A DNA stretch of 63,036 bases, filler included, from an uncultured archaeon (GTDB lineage: Archaea > Nanobdellota > Nanobdellia > Woesearchaeales > CAIVOO01): the NCBI GenBank assembly GCA_903842985.1. It is 5 parts of 5 records of this genome, joined end to end, with 100 filler letters (N's around TTAATTAATTAA, not from the genome) between each part and the next. Parts side by side here need not be neighbours in the genome. Positions count along the whole stretch, not along the records: positions 5,958 to 32,003 come from CAIMOB010000009.1; 4 more parts are not named here. The stretch is one strand, 5' to 3'. Positions 18,601 through 25,602 of this stretch are shown one piece after another. The position numbers and the translations under genes are program-made. Below the pieces are notes generated by a model, which saw only the letters and a program-made list of their open reading frames with translations, did no database searches and was not told where the DNA came from. Positions within the stretch are counted from its first letter, which is position 1. The number at the start of each line of letters is the position of its first letter.

Positions 18601-18653
18601 TTTCAGAGAGAAGAAAACCCAGGAAAAAGAGAAAGCCGCTTTCTTTAGAATAA
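15645..18653 (+). CDS. Large multi-pass surface protein with repeated Ig-like (CARDB/NPCBM-assoc-like) modules
   Basis: Signal peptide; recurring N-x-G...Y-x-L...L-x-PGE modules; five further hydrophobic segments; many N-x-S/T sequons. Confidence 0.8.
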   Translation: MSKNTIRYALVFVMLLIFTASAFALNEDFDARSQKSTVFACSGAISTDALIVQNTGDVASAYSIEASGEMAQYATFAENKFSLEPGETRVVDYFINPPQGEGSYSLKTELKTIFGLSKIITQDVKIEKCLDINLYVKDSKKESCPCDPVRYEFVLSNNGPVVESYNFQLSQYSEYASFSENPAILGPGESADIFLFLNLPCSIYGEKTIELVANAEKSGYMGIVPLNLNIDQGCYDYSISANGVSMCNFESLSSTIAINNAAEVSNTYDLKLIGAGFAKLENDAYLVRQKSSGTLPLLINTQNVPSGNYNFTLKSVSERGDLEKTSDIAIGVQNCYSLEMSIEKVYDELVNCEKISYNINVKNPGTKSNSYQLALDGSGMFSLSKNWITIAPNSNENVLLNVDVPCNETVKKYAKITATLLNKSVSKAIRLEYNINSIADSYMVEFGVPEKTIDYQTKSIPIVIKNTGIRKGTYLLTVNGPAWVNLDENKITLNPGEGKELQLLTSHSDEVKEGKYKIDLIGQLEGSDVAYKNTFNLKLIRIPLTTKIYNKTKDFLSLYWLFIVLGIIVLIALIAAIVALRKFAKVMKERRTRKAELVGEETLRLREDARKPKFWKALLWIFLILLLLGLIILAYSAWPAISGVLGEKNATGEKITITPKAKMLIDTSKLSVIGKILIIDKSETIQVTVKNNENRSVAYTISANVPWIELSTERIELEPEEDKLFFMTIAPPESGIHRVIITLENEGKTYKEELGLTVINRDYFVKYWGWLVGGLVLLIVLLISFRKRNRLKVKEEKIEFRKTRESKMLKRIGLAVLIILLLANIGYLVYNNLKTTPNVEFGDAKNETFKLDINKNEKIVLPVTFKNKFDDEVLYRINTSESWMESSSKKFRLATNESRFVTIVMAPGDDVDNGLYDVLVSAEVENQNIKYTKTISLYVKNKSMLETFLYWVLVILVLILVAVALSRFKKSHINRAMIVEELREEVSERRKPRKKRKPLSLE

Positions 18654-19769
18654 GGCTGCGTAAATCTCATATGCTGCGCCTAGTAAAAATACCAGCATGA
18701 GCAGCAAACCCAGGACAAAGTTCTTTTTAATTGTGTATTCTGGAATTCTTTCTGATTTTTTCTTTGCCTTCCAAAACATAAGCACGATAAGGATGGCGGC
18801 CAGGCCAGGACCCAGTGCACCTGCAATGCCCATGACACCCACAAAGCTTCTAATCCCTGCAAGAAATAAGACAAATGGCAATACACAGGACAATACAAAA
18901 GCCAGCTGCCTTTTTAACTTGTAATCGTATTCATACATCTCCTGAAGCGCAAGTCCAAGTGTCAGAAAAGGTGTTGCGAGAGTCAGCACAGCAAAGAGGT
19001 TTGCAAATATCAGGATTTTCTTGCTTATCAAGCTTAGGCCAGCTGTCGCGAGCTCTGTTGTGCCTGCTCCAGTGGTGCCTACGACAACGAGCGCAAAAAT
19101 AATATAGATAGGTATTGGTATTGTGTACGCATAGATTATTGATTTTTTGAAAAGACTTTCATTTTTTGCTAGAACCTCTCTTGCTTCTACAATCGCAGGT
19201 ATCCCTGAAAATGCAAAAAGAATTACACCAAACGGATAAAGCAGGTTAAAGACGTTGCTTGAAATGGGCATAAGATTTTCTATTTTGACGGAAGGAATTA
19301 TAAGCGCGCACAGCGAAACCAGGATTGCAATTTTTATGAAGGAAAGAATCAATTCTGATTTGCTCACAGATTTTACGCCAATATAGACAAATGCTGAAGC
19401 CACTATGAAAAATATTACTGTATAAAACAAAGGCTGTCCGCCGAAAATTGAGGATAATGCCTCACCTTCTCCAATCAAATAGGCAATCAGCGCGCCATAA
19501 AGCCCGAAGATCATTGAAAACGCCATCAGGCGCTTGCCCCACTTCCCAAGATATTTTTCAGCGTAGCCAGTAAGCTGGTGCTTGCCGTGCGTCCTCAAGA
19601 GGACTTCGCCAAGATAAAGGCTGAGAATCATCATAAAAAGCGCAATGAGAATTATGTGGACCAGCCCGACGAAAAATCCGGATTTTGCAATTACATACGG
19701 AATGCCAAGAATCCCTGCGCCGACGATTGTGCCCATTATCGTGGCTGTTGCATACCACTGCTTGTTCAT
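18645..19769 (-). CDS. Amino acid permease (aromatic amino acid transporter-like)
   Basis: GTIVGAGILGIPY motif; about 11 TM segments. Confidence 0.88.
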   Translation of the reverse strand: MNKQWYATATIMGTIVGAGILGIPYVIAKSGFFVGLVHIILIALFMMILSLYLGEVLLRTHGKHQLTGYAEKYLGKWGKRLMAFSMIFGLYGALIAYLIGEGEALSSIFGGQPLFYTVIFFIVASAFVYIGVKSVSKSELILSFIKIAILVSLCALIIPSVKIENLMPISSNVFNLLYPFGVILFAFSGIPAIVEAREVLAKNESLFKKSIIYAYTIPIPIYIIFALVVVGTTGAGTTELATAGLSLISKKILIFANLFAVLTLATPFLTLGLALQEMYEYDYKLKRQLAFVLSCVLPFVLFLAGIRSFVGVMGIAGALGPGLAAILIVLMFWKAKKKSERIPEYTIKKNFVLGLLLMLVFLLGAAYEIYAALF

Positions 19770-19794
19770 GTTTGCCTCTTTTATAAAAATAAAG

Positions 19795-19913
19795 TGGGGA
19801 CGCTGGGATTCGAACCCAGATTAAGTGGTATCTTCATGCATATTCTTCATCGCAAATGCTCAGCGCTCCATGATACTGGAGCCACTTGTCATGCCAGGTT
19901 AGACTACGTCCCC
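19795..19913 (-). tRNA. tRNA-Trp(CCA) with 46-nt intron at 37/38 (19830-19875)
   Basis: Acceptor GGGGACG/CGTCCCC, anticodon stem AGTGG/CCACT, CCA anticodon, T-loop GGTTCGAATCC. Confidence 0.93.
19830..19875 (-). ncRNA. Intron-encoded box C/D guide RNA, predicted target C34 of tRNA-Trp
   Basis: TGGAGC-G-CTGA antisense to GCTCCA with the +5 position opposite C34; ATGAAGA C-like box after a GCAT/ATGC stem. Confidence 0.65.
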
Positions 19914-19938
19914 TGTTAGAATAAAGTTGAGATTGGGG

Positions 19939-20226
19939 TTATTTAAATGTTATTGTGCTTCCAATCTTAAGCCTCAGGTTCTTTCCCTCAATCAGGTATC
20001 TGTAGCTTTTCTTCGGGAAATAAATCCTGAATGGCTTAAGTCTTTCTGTTTCAATTACTCTCCTGTTTTTATCCAGAAAAACCAGATCAATTGTCGAGAA
20101 AACAAAGAATGAATGAATTGAATATCTCACGTCGCTGTCAAAAACAAACAATGTTGTCTTTATCCTTGAAAACATCAGTCCGAGAAATTTTGAAAACTCG
20201 CTTCTGCATATTTTTTCTATTCTCAT
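19939..20226 (-). CDS. DUF192 family protein
   Basis: GLMF, IHSFFV..IDLVFLD, LKPF, YLIE motifs. Confidence 0.85.
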   Translation of the reverse strand: MRIEKICRSEFSKFLGLMFSRIKTTLFVFDSDVRYSIHSFFVFSTIDLVFLDKNRRVIETERLKPFRIYFPKKSYRYLIEGKNLRLKIGSTITFK

Positions 20227-20639
20227 CTGCCAGAACTTCCGAATCCCCTTTCTTTTCTTTCTGTTTCATCAAGCTCGTCGACGTGCTCGAAATCAACCTG
20301 CTCAACCTTCTGGATTAGCATCTGCGCAACTTTCATGCCTTTTTCAACTGCAAAATCCTCTTTTCCTAAATTAGCCAAGATAACTGTGACCTCTCCCCTA
20401 TAGCCAGAATCAACTACTCCCCCCATGGATTTTACCCATTTTTTTGATGCGATGCCGCTCTTGTCCCAGACAAGCCCCACATACCCTAGAGGGATTGCCA
20501 CCTTTACGCCTGTCCTTATTGTCTTGACCTCTCCTGGCACAATCTTGCAAGAATCAGCTGAATAAAGGTCCATTCCAGCGTCTCCTGAGTAAGCATAGCT
20601 TGGAGCTTTGCCATCCAAAACCTTAACTTTTACTTTCAC
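20223..20639 (-). CDS. dut: dUTP diphosphatase (trimeric)
   Basis: AGMDL, KSG, GVVDSGYRGE, AQMLI, RGFGSSG motifs. Confidence 0.95.
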   Translation of the reverse strand: MKVKVKVLDGKAPSYAYSGDAGMDLYSADSCKIVPGEVKTIRTGVKVAIPLGYVGLVWDKSGIASKKWVKSMGGVVDSGYRGEVTVILANLGKEDFAVEKGMKVAQMLIQKVEQVDFEHVDELDETERKERGFGSSGR

Positions 20640-20676
20640 AGTCTAAAACCCCCGTAAAATCAATTTATAGCCCATA

Positions 20677-20697
20677 TTCCACAGGAAAGCATAGGGT
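20677..20697 (+). promoter_or_regulatory. ORB-like element upstream of tbp-mcm
   Basis: TTCCACAGGAAAGCATAGGGT resembles the archaeal ORB pattern TTCCA-nn-GGAAA...GGG; followed by an AT-rich tract. Confidence 0.4.
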
Positions 20698-20794
20698 TAT
20701 ACTAACTTTAATAAATCTATTTAAAAATAAAAGTATTTATAAATGTTTTTGCTTTTTAAATATTTATAAATTAAGATATACTTGGGGGTTAAAA

Positions 20795-21334
20795 ATGGCT
20801 AAGAAAGACATAAAAGTGGTCAATATAGTCGTTTCTTCGGATTTAAAGCATGATATACCGCTAGAAAAGATGGCAGCAACGCTAAGTAACACTGAATACA
20901 ACCCAGAGCAGTTCCCTGGGCTTGTTTTGAGGATAAAAGAGCCAAAAACTTCTGCTTTGATATTCAGCTCTGGAAAAATTGTCTGTACAGGCGCCCAGAA
21001 CATGGAGCAGGTAAAGGAAGCTATACAGAAAATAATTAAAAGCCTTGAAAAGATAAACATCAAGATAACTGTTGACCCTCAGATAATTATACAGAACATG
21101 GTCGCTTCTGGAACAGTCGGCATGGACTTAAACCTGAACAAGCTTGCAATAAAGCTTGAAAACACAGAGTACGAGCCAGAGCAGTTCCCTGGGCTTGTTT
21201 ACAAGCTTAATGAAGCAAAGGCAACATTCCTGCTGTTCAGCAATGGAAAGGTTGTCTGTACTGGAACAAAATCAGAAAGTGCTGTACATGCTGCACTCGA
21301 AAAGCTTATAGAGAATTTGAAGAAAGTGATGTAA
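20795..21334 (+). CDS. tbp: TATA-box binding protein
   Basis: Two repeats of EY(N/E)PEQFPGLV..LxFS.GK.VCTG. Confidence 0.98.
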   Translation: MAKKDIKVVNIVVSSDLKHDIPLEKMAATLSNTEYNPEQFPGLVLRIKEPKTSALIFSSGKIVCTGAQNMEQVKEAIQKIIKSLEKINIKITVDPQIIIQNMVASGTVGMDLNLNKLAIKLENTEYEPEQFPGLVYKLNEAKATFLLFSNGKVVCTGTKSESAVHAALEKLIENLKKVM

Positions 21335-21338
21335 GTTC

Positions 21339-21360
21339 TGTTGTAGCAATCGCTACAACA
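21339..21360 (+). promoter_or_regulatory. Palindromic operator-like site TGTTGTAGCAATCGCTACAAC(A), copy 2
   Basis: Identical to copy 1 over 21 bp; 35 nt upstream of mcm ATG, 6 nt upstream of TTTTATAC. Confidence 0.75.
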
Positions 21361-21394
21361 TAAGCTTTTATACTTAAAGGGGGCATTAGACTAC

Positions 21395-23404
21395 ATGGAA
21401 GCAGCTGAACAAATCAAGAAATTTCAGGAATTTTTGGAGAATTATTACAAGACCGAGCTTCTTGAAGCTGCGAGAACAGGAAAAAAATTCTTAATCATAG
21501 ATTTTTTAGACCTTGCCAAATTTGATCCTGGACTTTCAGAACTCCTTCTTGAAAACCCTGAAGATGTCATAAAAGCCGCTGAAATAGCAATTGAGCAGTT
21601 TGATATTGATGCCAAAGACTTCAAGGTAAGGTTCAAGAATCTTTTAGACTCGCAGAAGATGAATATAAGAGATATAAGGAGCGAGCATATTGGAAAATTT
21701 CTTTTTGTGGTTGGGCTTGTAAGGCAGAAATCAGATGTAAGGCCGCAGGTGACAAGCGCAAAGTTTGAATGCCCGAGCTGCGGAAATGTGCTTACTGTTC
21801 TTCAGCTCGACACAAAATTCAAGGAGCCGACAAGATGCGGCTGCGGAAGAAAGGGAAAATTCAGGCTGCTGAGCAAGGAGCTTGTCGATGCGCAGGGAAT
21901 TGTCCTTGAAGAGGTTCCTGAAGAGCTTGAGGGCGGCGAACAGCCGAAAAGAATTAATGTCCTTCTTAAAAATGACCTGGTAAGCCCGATGTCTGACAAA
22001 AAGACAAATCCCGGAACAAAAATTTGTGTTGTCGGTGTGCTTAAGGAGATACCAATTGCTGGACGCGATGGCGGGCAGCTGACAAGATTCGAGCTGATGA
22101 TTGAGTCAAACTTTGTTGATTCGCTTGAGGAGGAGTTCGGCGAGATAAAGATTTCTGAAGAAGAATTGAAGCAGATAATAGAGCTTTCCGAGGACCCAAG
22201 AGGATATGAAAAAATAATTGAAAGCATCGCCCCTTCAATCTACGGGCATGAAAGAATAAAGGAGGCATTGTTTCTGCAGTTGATGGGCGGTGTCAGAAAA
22301 ATAAGGTCAGACGGCGTTCCATCAAGAGGTGACATTCACATACTTTTAATCGGAGATCCTGGAAGCGGAAAATCCCAGCTTCTTAGAAGAATGTGTGTTG
22401 TTGCGCCAAAGGGAAGGTATGTTTCTGGAAAGGGCGCGACAGGCGCTGGACTAACTGCTGCGGTTGTAAAGGATGAGTTCCTGCACGGCTGGGCGCTTGA
22501 GGCAGGTGCATTGGTTCTTGCAAATAGAGGCATCTGCTTTATTGACGAGCTGGACAAGATGAACAAAGAAGACAGAAGCGCGATGCACGAGGCGCTTGAA
22601 CAGCAGCAGGTGAGCATATCAAAAGCAAATATTCAGGCGACCTTGAGATGCGAGACAACTGTGCTCGCAGCAGCTAACCCAAAATTTGGAAGATTTGACC
22701 CTTACGAAGCAATACCCAATCAAATAGACCTGCCGACAACCCTTCTCAATAGGTTTGATTTGATTTTCCCGATAAAAGATCTCCCCAATGTTGCAAAAGA
22801 CAAAGAATTAACCTCATTTATTCTGGATTTGCATCAAGACAAGATTGGTGATGGCGAAGTGTCTACCAAGCTTCTAAGAAAGTACATTGCGTATGCTAAG
22901 CAGCACATCAGCCCAAAGCTGACAGATGGCGCGATTGCGGAAATAAAAGATTATTTCCTTAAGATGAGGGGTTCTGGTTCAAATGAAGGAGGAATGAAAT
23001 CTGTTCCGATATCCGCGAGACAGCTTGAGGCGCTGATAAGGCTGGCAGAAGCGTCTGCAAGAGCGAGGCTGGCTGACAAAGTCAGCAAAAAAGATGCAAA
23101 AAGAGCGATTTCAATTGTTCACTATTGCCTGGAGCAGATTGGAATAGACCCTGAAACAGGAAAGATAGACATAGACAGGATAACGACTGGAATATCCACG
23201 ACAGAGAGGGGGAAAATCCACACAATCAAAGATATAATCGTGGAGCTGGAAGACAAGCTTGGAAAGACAATCCCAATAGAAGAAGTTGTCAAGGAGTGTG
23301 TTGCGCACGGATTGAGTGAAACTGAGGTTGAAGAAATAATAGACAAACTAAGAAGGTCTGGTGATATTTATGAACCAAAACGTGGCTGGATCTCAAGATT
23401 ATAG
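21395..23404 (+). CDS. mcm: MCM replicative helicase
   Basis: Zn finger, GDPGSGKSQ, IDELDKM, AANP, NRFD, C-terminal wHTH; no intein. Confidence 0.98.
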   Translation: MEAAEQIKKFQEFLENYYKTELLEAARTGKKFLIIDFLDLAKFDPGLSELLLENPEDVIKAAEIAIEQFDIDAKDFKVRFKNLLDSQKMNIRDIRSEHIGKFLFVVGLVRQKSDVRPQVTSAKFECPSCGNVLTVLQLDTKFKEPTRCGCGRKGKFRLLSKELVDAQGIVLEEVPEELEGGEQPKRINVLLKNDLVSPMSDKKTNPGTKICVVGVLKEIPIAGRDGGQLTRFELMIESNFVDSLEEEFGEIKISEEELKQIIELSEDPRGYEKIIESIAPSIYGHERIKEALFLQLMGGVRKIRSDGVPSRGDIHILLIGDPGSGKSQLLRRMCVVAPKGRYVSGKGATGAGLTAAVVKDEFLHGWALEAGALVLANRGICFIDELDKMNKEDRSAMHEALEQQQVSISKANIQATLRCETTVLAAANPKFGRFDPYEAIPNQIDLPTTLLNRFDLIFPIKDLPNVAKDKELTSFILDLHQDKIGDGEVSTKLLRKYIAYAKQHISPKLTDGAIAEIKDYFLKMRGSGSNEGGMKSVPISARQLEALIRLAEASARARLADKVSKKDAKRAISIVHYCLEQIGIDPETGKIDIDRITTGISTTERGKIHTIKDIIVELEDKLGKTIPIEEVVKECVAHGLSETEVEEIIDKLRRSGDIYEPKRGWISRL

Positions 23405-24023
23405 TCAGGAAAGGCAGGTTGCCCACAAAATTAAGGTTAAGGCTATTCTAGATGAAAAATTTGTAAAGCAGGAAGGGATGCTGCCAAGTTACATTACCCA
23501 CAGGGGAAAGAAGATTTCAAGGGTTAATATTGTTGGGACTGTGGTGGCAAAAGATGTCAATGAACTTTTCGAAAGTATTGTTATTGACGACGGAAGCGGA
23601 TCAATTTCTGTCAGGAGCTTTGAGAAGAATGGGAACTTCCAGAATTTTGCCTTGGGGGATATTGTACTAATAATTGGGAAGATAAGGGAATACGGCAATG
23701 AAAGATACATTGTCAATGAAATCATTAAAAAAATAAATGACAGGAAATTTGTGGATTTGAGGAAGCTTGAGATTAATCTTTCTGAGCTCAAATGCGCTCC
23801 TGAAGAAATAAAAGAGAGCGAAGATGCTGCTGAAGAGGAGATTGAAACCCCGCTGAAGAAAGTTTTTGAAATTATTAAAAAACTTGATTCTGGCGACGGA
23901 GCAGACTTTTACGGGGTTGTGAAGGATTCGGGTGTTGAAAATTGCGAGGGCGTTATAGAATCGCTTCTGAAAATGGGGCATGTCTTTGAGCTTAAGCCCG
24001 GGAAACTAAAGGTTCTAGAATAG
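23370..24023 (+). CDS. RPA32-like OB-fold plus wHTH protein
   Basis: RVNIVGTVV..IDDGSGSI..LIIGKIREY OB fold; C-terminal wHTH; GGTGAT RBS. Confidence 0.85.
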   Translation: MNQNVAGSQDYSQERQVAHKIKVKAILDEKFVKQEGMLPSYITHRGKKISRVNIVGTVVAKDVNELFESIVIDDGSGSISVRSFEKNGNFQNFALGDIVLIIGKIREYGNERYIVNEIIKKINDRKFVDLRKLEINLSELKCAPEEIKESEDAAEEEIETPLKKVFEIIKKLDSGDGADFYGVVKDSGVENCEGVIESLLKMGHVFELKPGKLKVLE

Positions 24024-24842
24024 ATTTGGGGTTACGTAAACTTCAAGAACAGCTGCGACAAAAAGCAGGATTATTGAAATTAAAATAAGATTTGACGAGT
24101 CAAGAAGGATTTTTTCAAACTTCTTTGTCCTGAAATCATGCCTTATCAGAGCAACGGAGATTATTCCGCCTGCAAGCGCAGCTATAAAATATGCGACTAC
24201 CTCAGGAATTCCGTGAAAAAGGTATTTCAAAAGGCCGGTTGAAAAAAGCCCAAGGTAAGCCATAAAGTCTCCCGAAGTTATGTGGGCGAGATTATTTCTT
24301 ATGAATGCTCCTATTGCTGTTGCAATTACAGAAGCGTTCCATGTAAGGATGAATAACGCACCTGCGCCGTAAAAAAGTGAGAAAAGGATGCAGAACGTAA
24401 GCACCTTTATGTTATTTAGGAATATTTTTTCAAAAATTAAGAACTTAAATGTTGCGCCGGAATTTATTGCTGAGATTGTGCTTATTTGAACGCCAAAAAC
24501 TGTGCTTAGAAGCTGTTGCGGCAGGAATATGTACCATAATGCATGGGAAACTGTGATCCCGCAAAACAAGAATATGAAGAATGAAACTGCCTTTGAATGC
24601 TCCCTGAGCAGGGTTGTTTCTTTCTCAAGCTCGGTGTCCTTTTTCTCCTCAAACTTCATGGTCATATAGAACAGGGGAACAATTGCAATAACTGTCAGGA
24701 ACACGGAAACAAGGGCTGCGTGCTCCTTAAATATCCAAAGGCTCAAAAGAATTGCGAGGGAAGAGTAAACAAGCCCCATTAAAAAGAGCTTCCATGGCCT
24801 CTTTTCGGCGCTTATTGGTGACATTAGTGACTCAAGAACCAT
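24015..24842 (-). CDS. SpoIIM/DUF95 family membrane protein
   Basis: IFLNN, WNASVI, HGIPE, AAVLEVY motifs. Confidence 0.85.
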   Translation of the reverse strand: MVLESLMSPISAEKRPWKLFLMGLVYSSLAILLSLWIFKEHAALVSVFLTVIAIVPLFYMTMKFEEKKDTELEKETTLLREHSKAVSFFIFLFCGITVSHALWYIFLPQQLLSTVFGVQISTISAINSGATFKFLIFEKIFLNNIKVLTFCILFSLFYGAGALFILTWNASVIATAIGAFIRNNLAHITSGDFMAYLGLFSTGLLKYLFHGIPEVVAYFIAALAGGIISVALIRHDFRTKKFEKILLDSSNLILISIILLFVAAVLEVYVTPNLF

Positions 24843-24916
24843 AAAACAGAGATTTCTATGTTTATTTTTAAATCTTTTGTTAAGATTTAAATATTCTTTG
24901 TTTTTTCTTATTGTAT

Positions 24917-25333
24917 ATGGAACTTGAATATGAAAAATTGCTTGAAAAGGCAAGGAAGAATCTGCCAAAATCTAGGCTGGAGGCAGAAAGGTTTGAAATA
25001 CCTAAGGTTATAGGCCATCTACAGGGAAACAGAACAGTAATAAGCAATTTTCTGGAAATAGCAGGCTCATTTGGGAGGGAGCCGGGGCATCTCCTGAAGT
25101 TTGTTTTGAAGGAGCTGGCTGCGCCTGGCGAGCTGAAAAAAAGCGGTTCGCTGATAATCGGGACTAAGATTGCAGCTTCTAGAATAAATGAAAAAATAAA
25201 GAAATATGCTGAAGAGTATGTAATCTGCAAGGAATGTGGGAAATCTGACACGAAAATTGAGGAAGAAAACGGCATTCATTATGTAATGTGCACTGCCTGC
25301 GGCTCAAGAAGGCCCATAAAGTATAAGATATGA
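24917..25333 (+). CDS. eif2b: Translation initiation factor aIF-2 beta
   Basis: ERFEIP, GNRTVISNF, YVICKECGKSDT, CTACG. Confidence 0.95.
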   Translation: MELEYEKLLEKARKNLPKSRLEAERFEIPKVIGHLQGNRTVISNFLEIAGSFGREPGHLLKFVLKELAAPGELKKSGSLIIGTKIAASRINEKIKKYAEEYVICKECGKSDTKIEEENGIHYVMCTACGSRRPIKYKI

Positions 25334-25602
25334 GATACAAACATTTTATAATGTCTGGAAAGGTCCAGGGTATTTTCTTCAGGGATTTTGTAAGGAAAAA
25401 GGCGTCTGCGCTTGGTGTGGTCGGCTACGTAAGAAATCTCAAAAACGGCGATGTTGAGGTTGTTGCTGCGGGCAATGAAAAAAAATTAAAAGAACTGGAA
25501 AAAGAGTGTAGAAAAGGGCCGTTTATGTCTAATGTTACTGGATTGAAAGTTGAAGAAATCGATATTGGTGATGTACTTGAAGATTTTATTGTAAGATTTT
25601 AG
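25330..25602 (+). CDS. acyP: Acylphosphatase
   Basis: GKVQGIFFR, GYVRN..GDVEV. Confidence 0.93.
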   Translation: MRYKHFIMSGKVQGIFFRDFVRKKASALGVVGYVRNLKNGDVEVVAAGNEKKLKELEKECRKGPFMSNVTGLKVEEIDIGDVLEDFIVRF

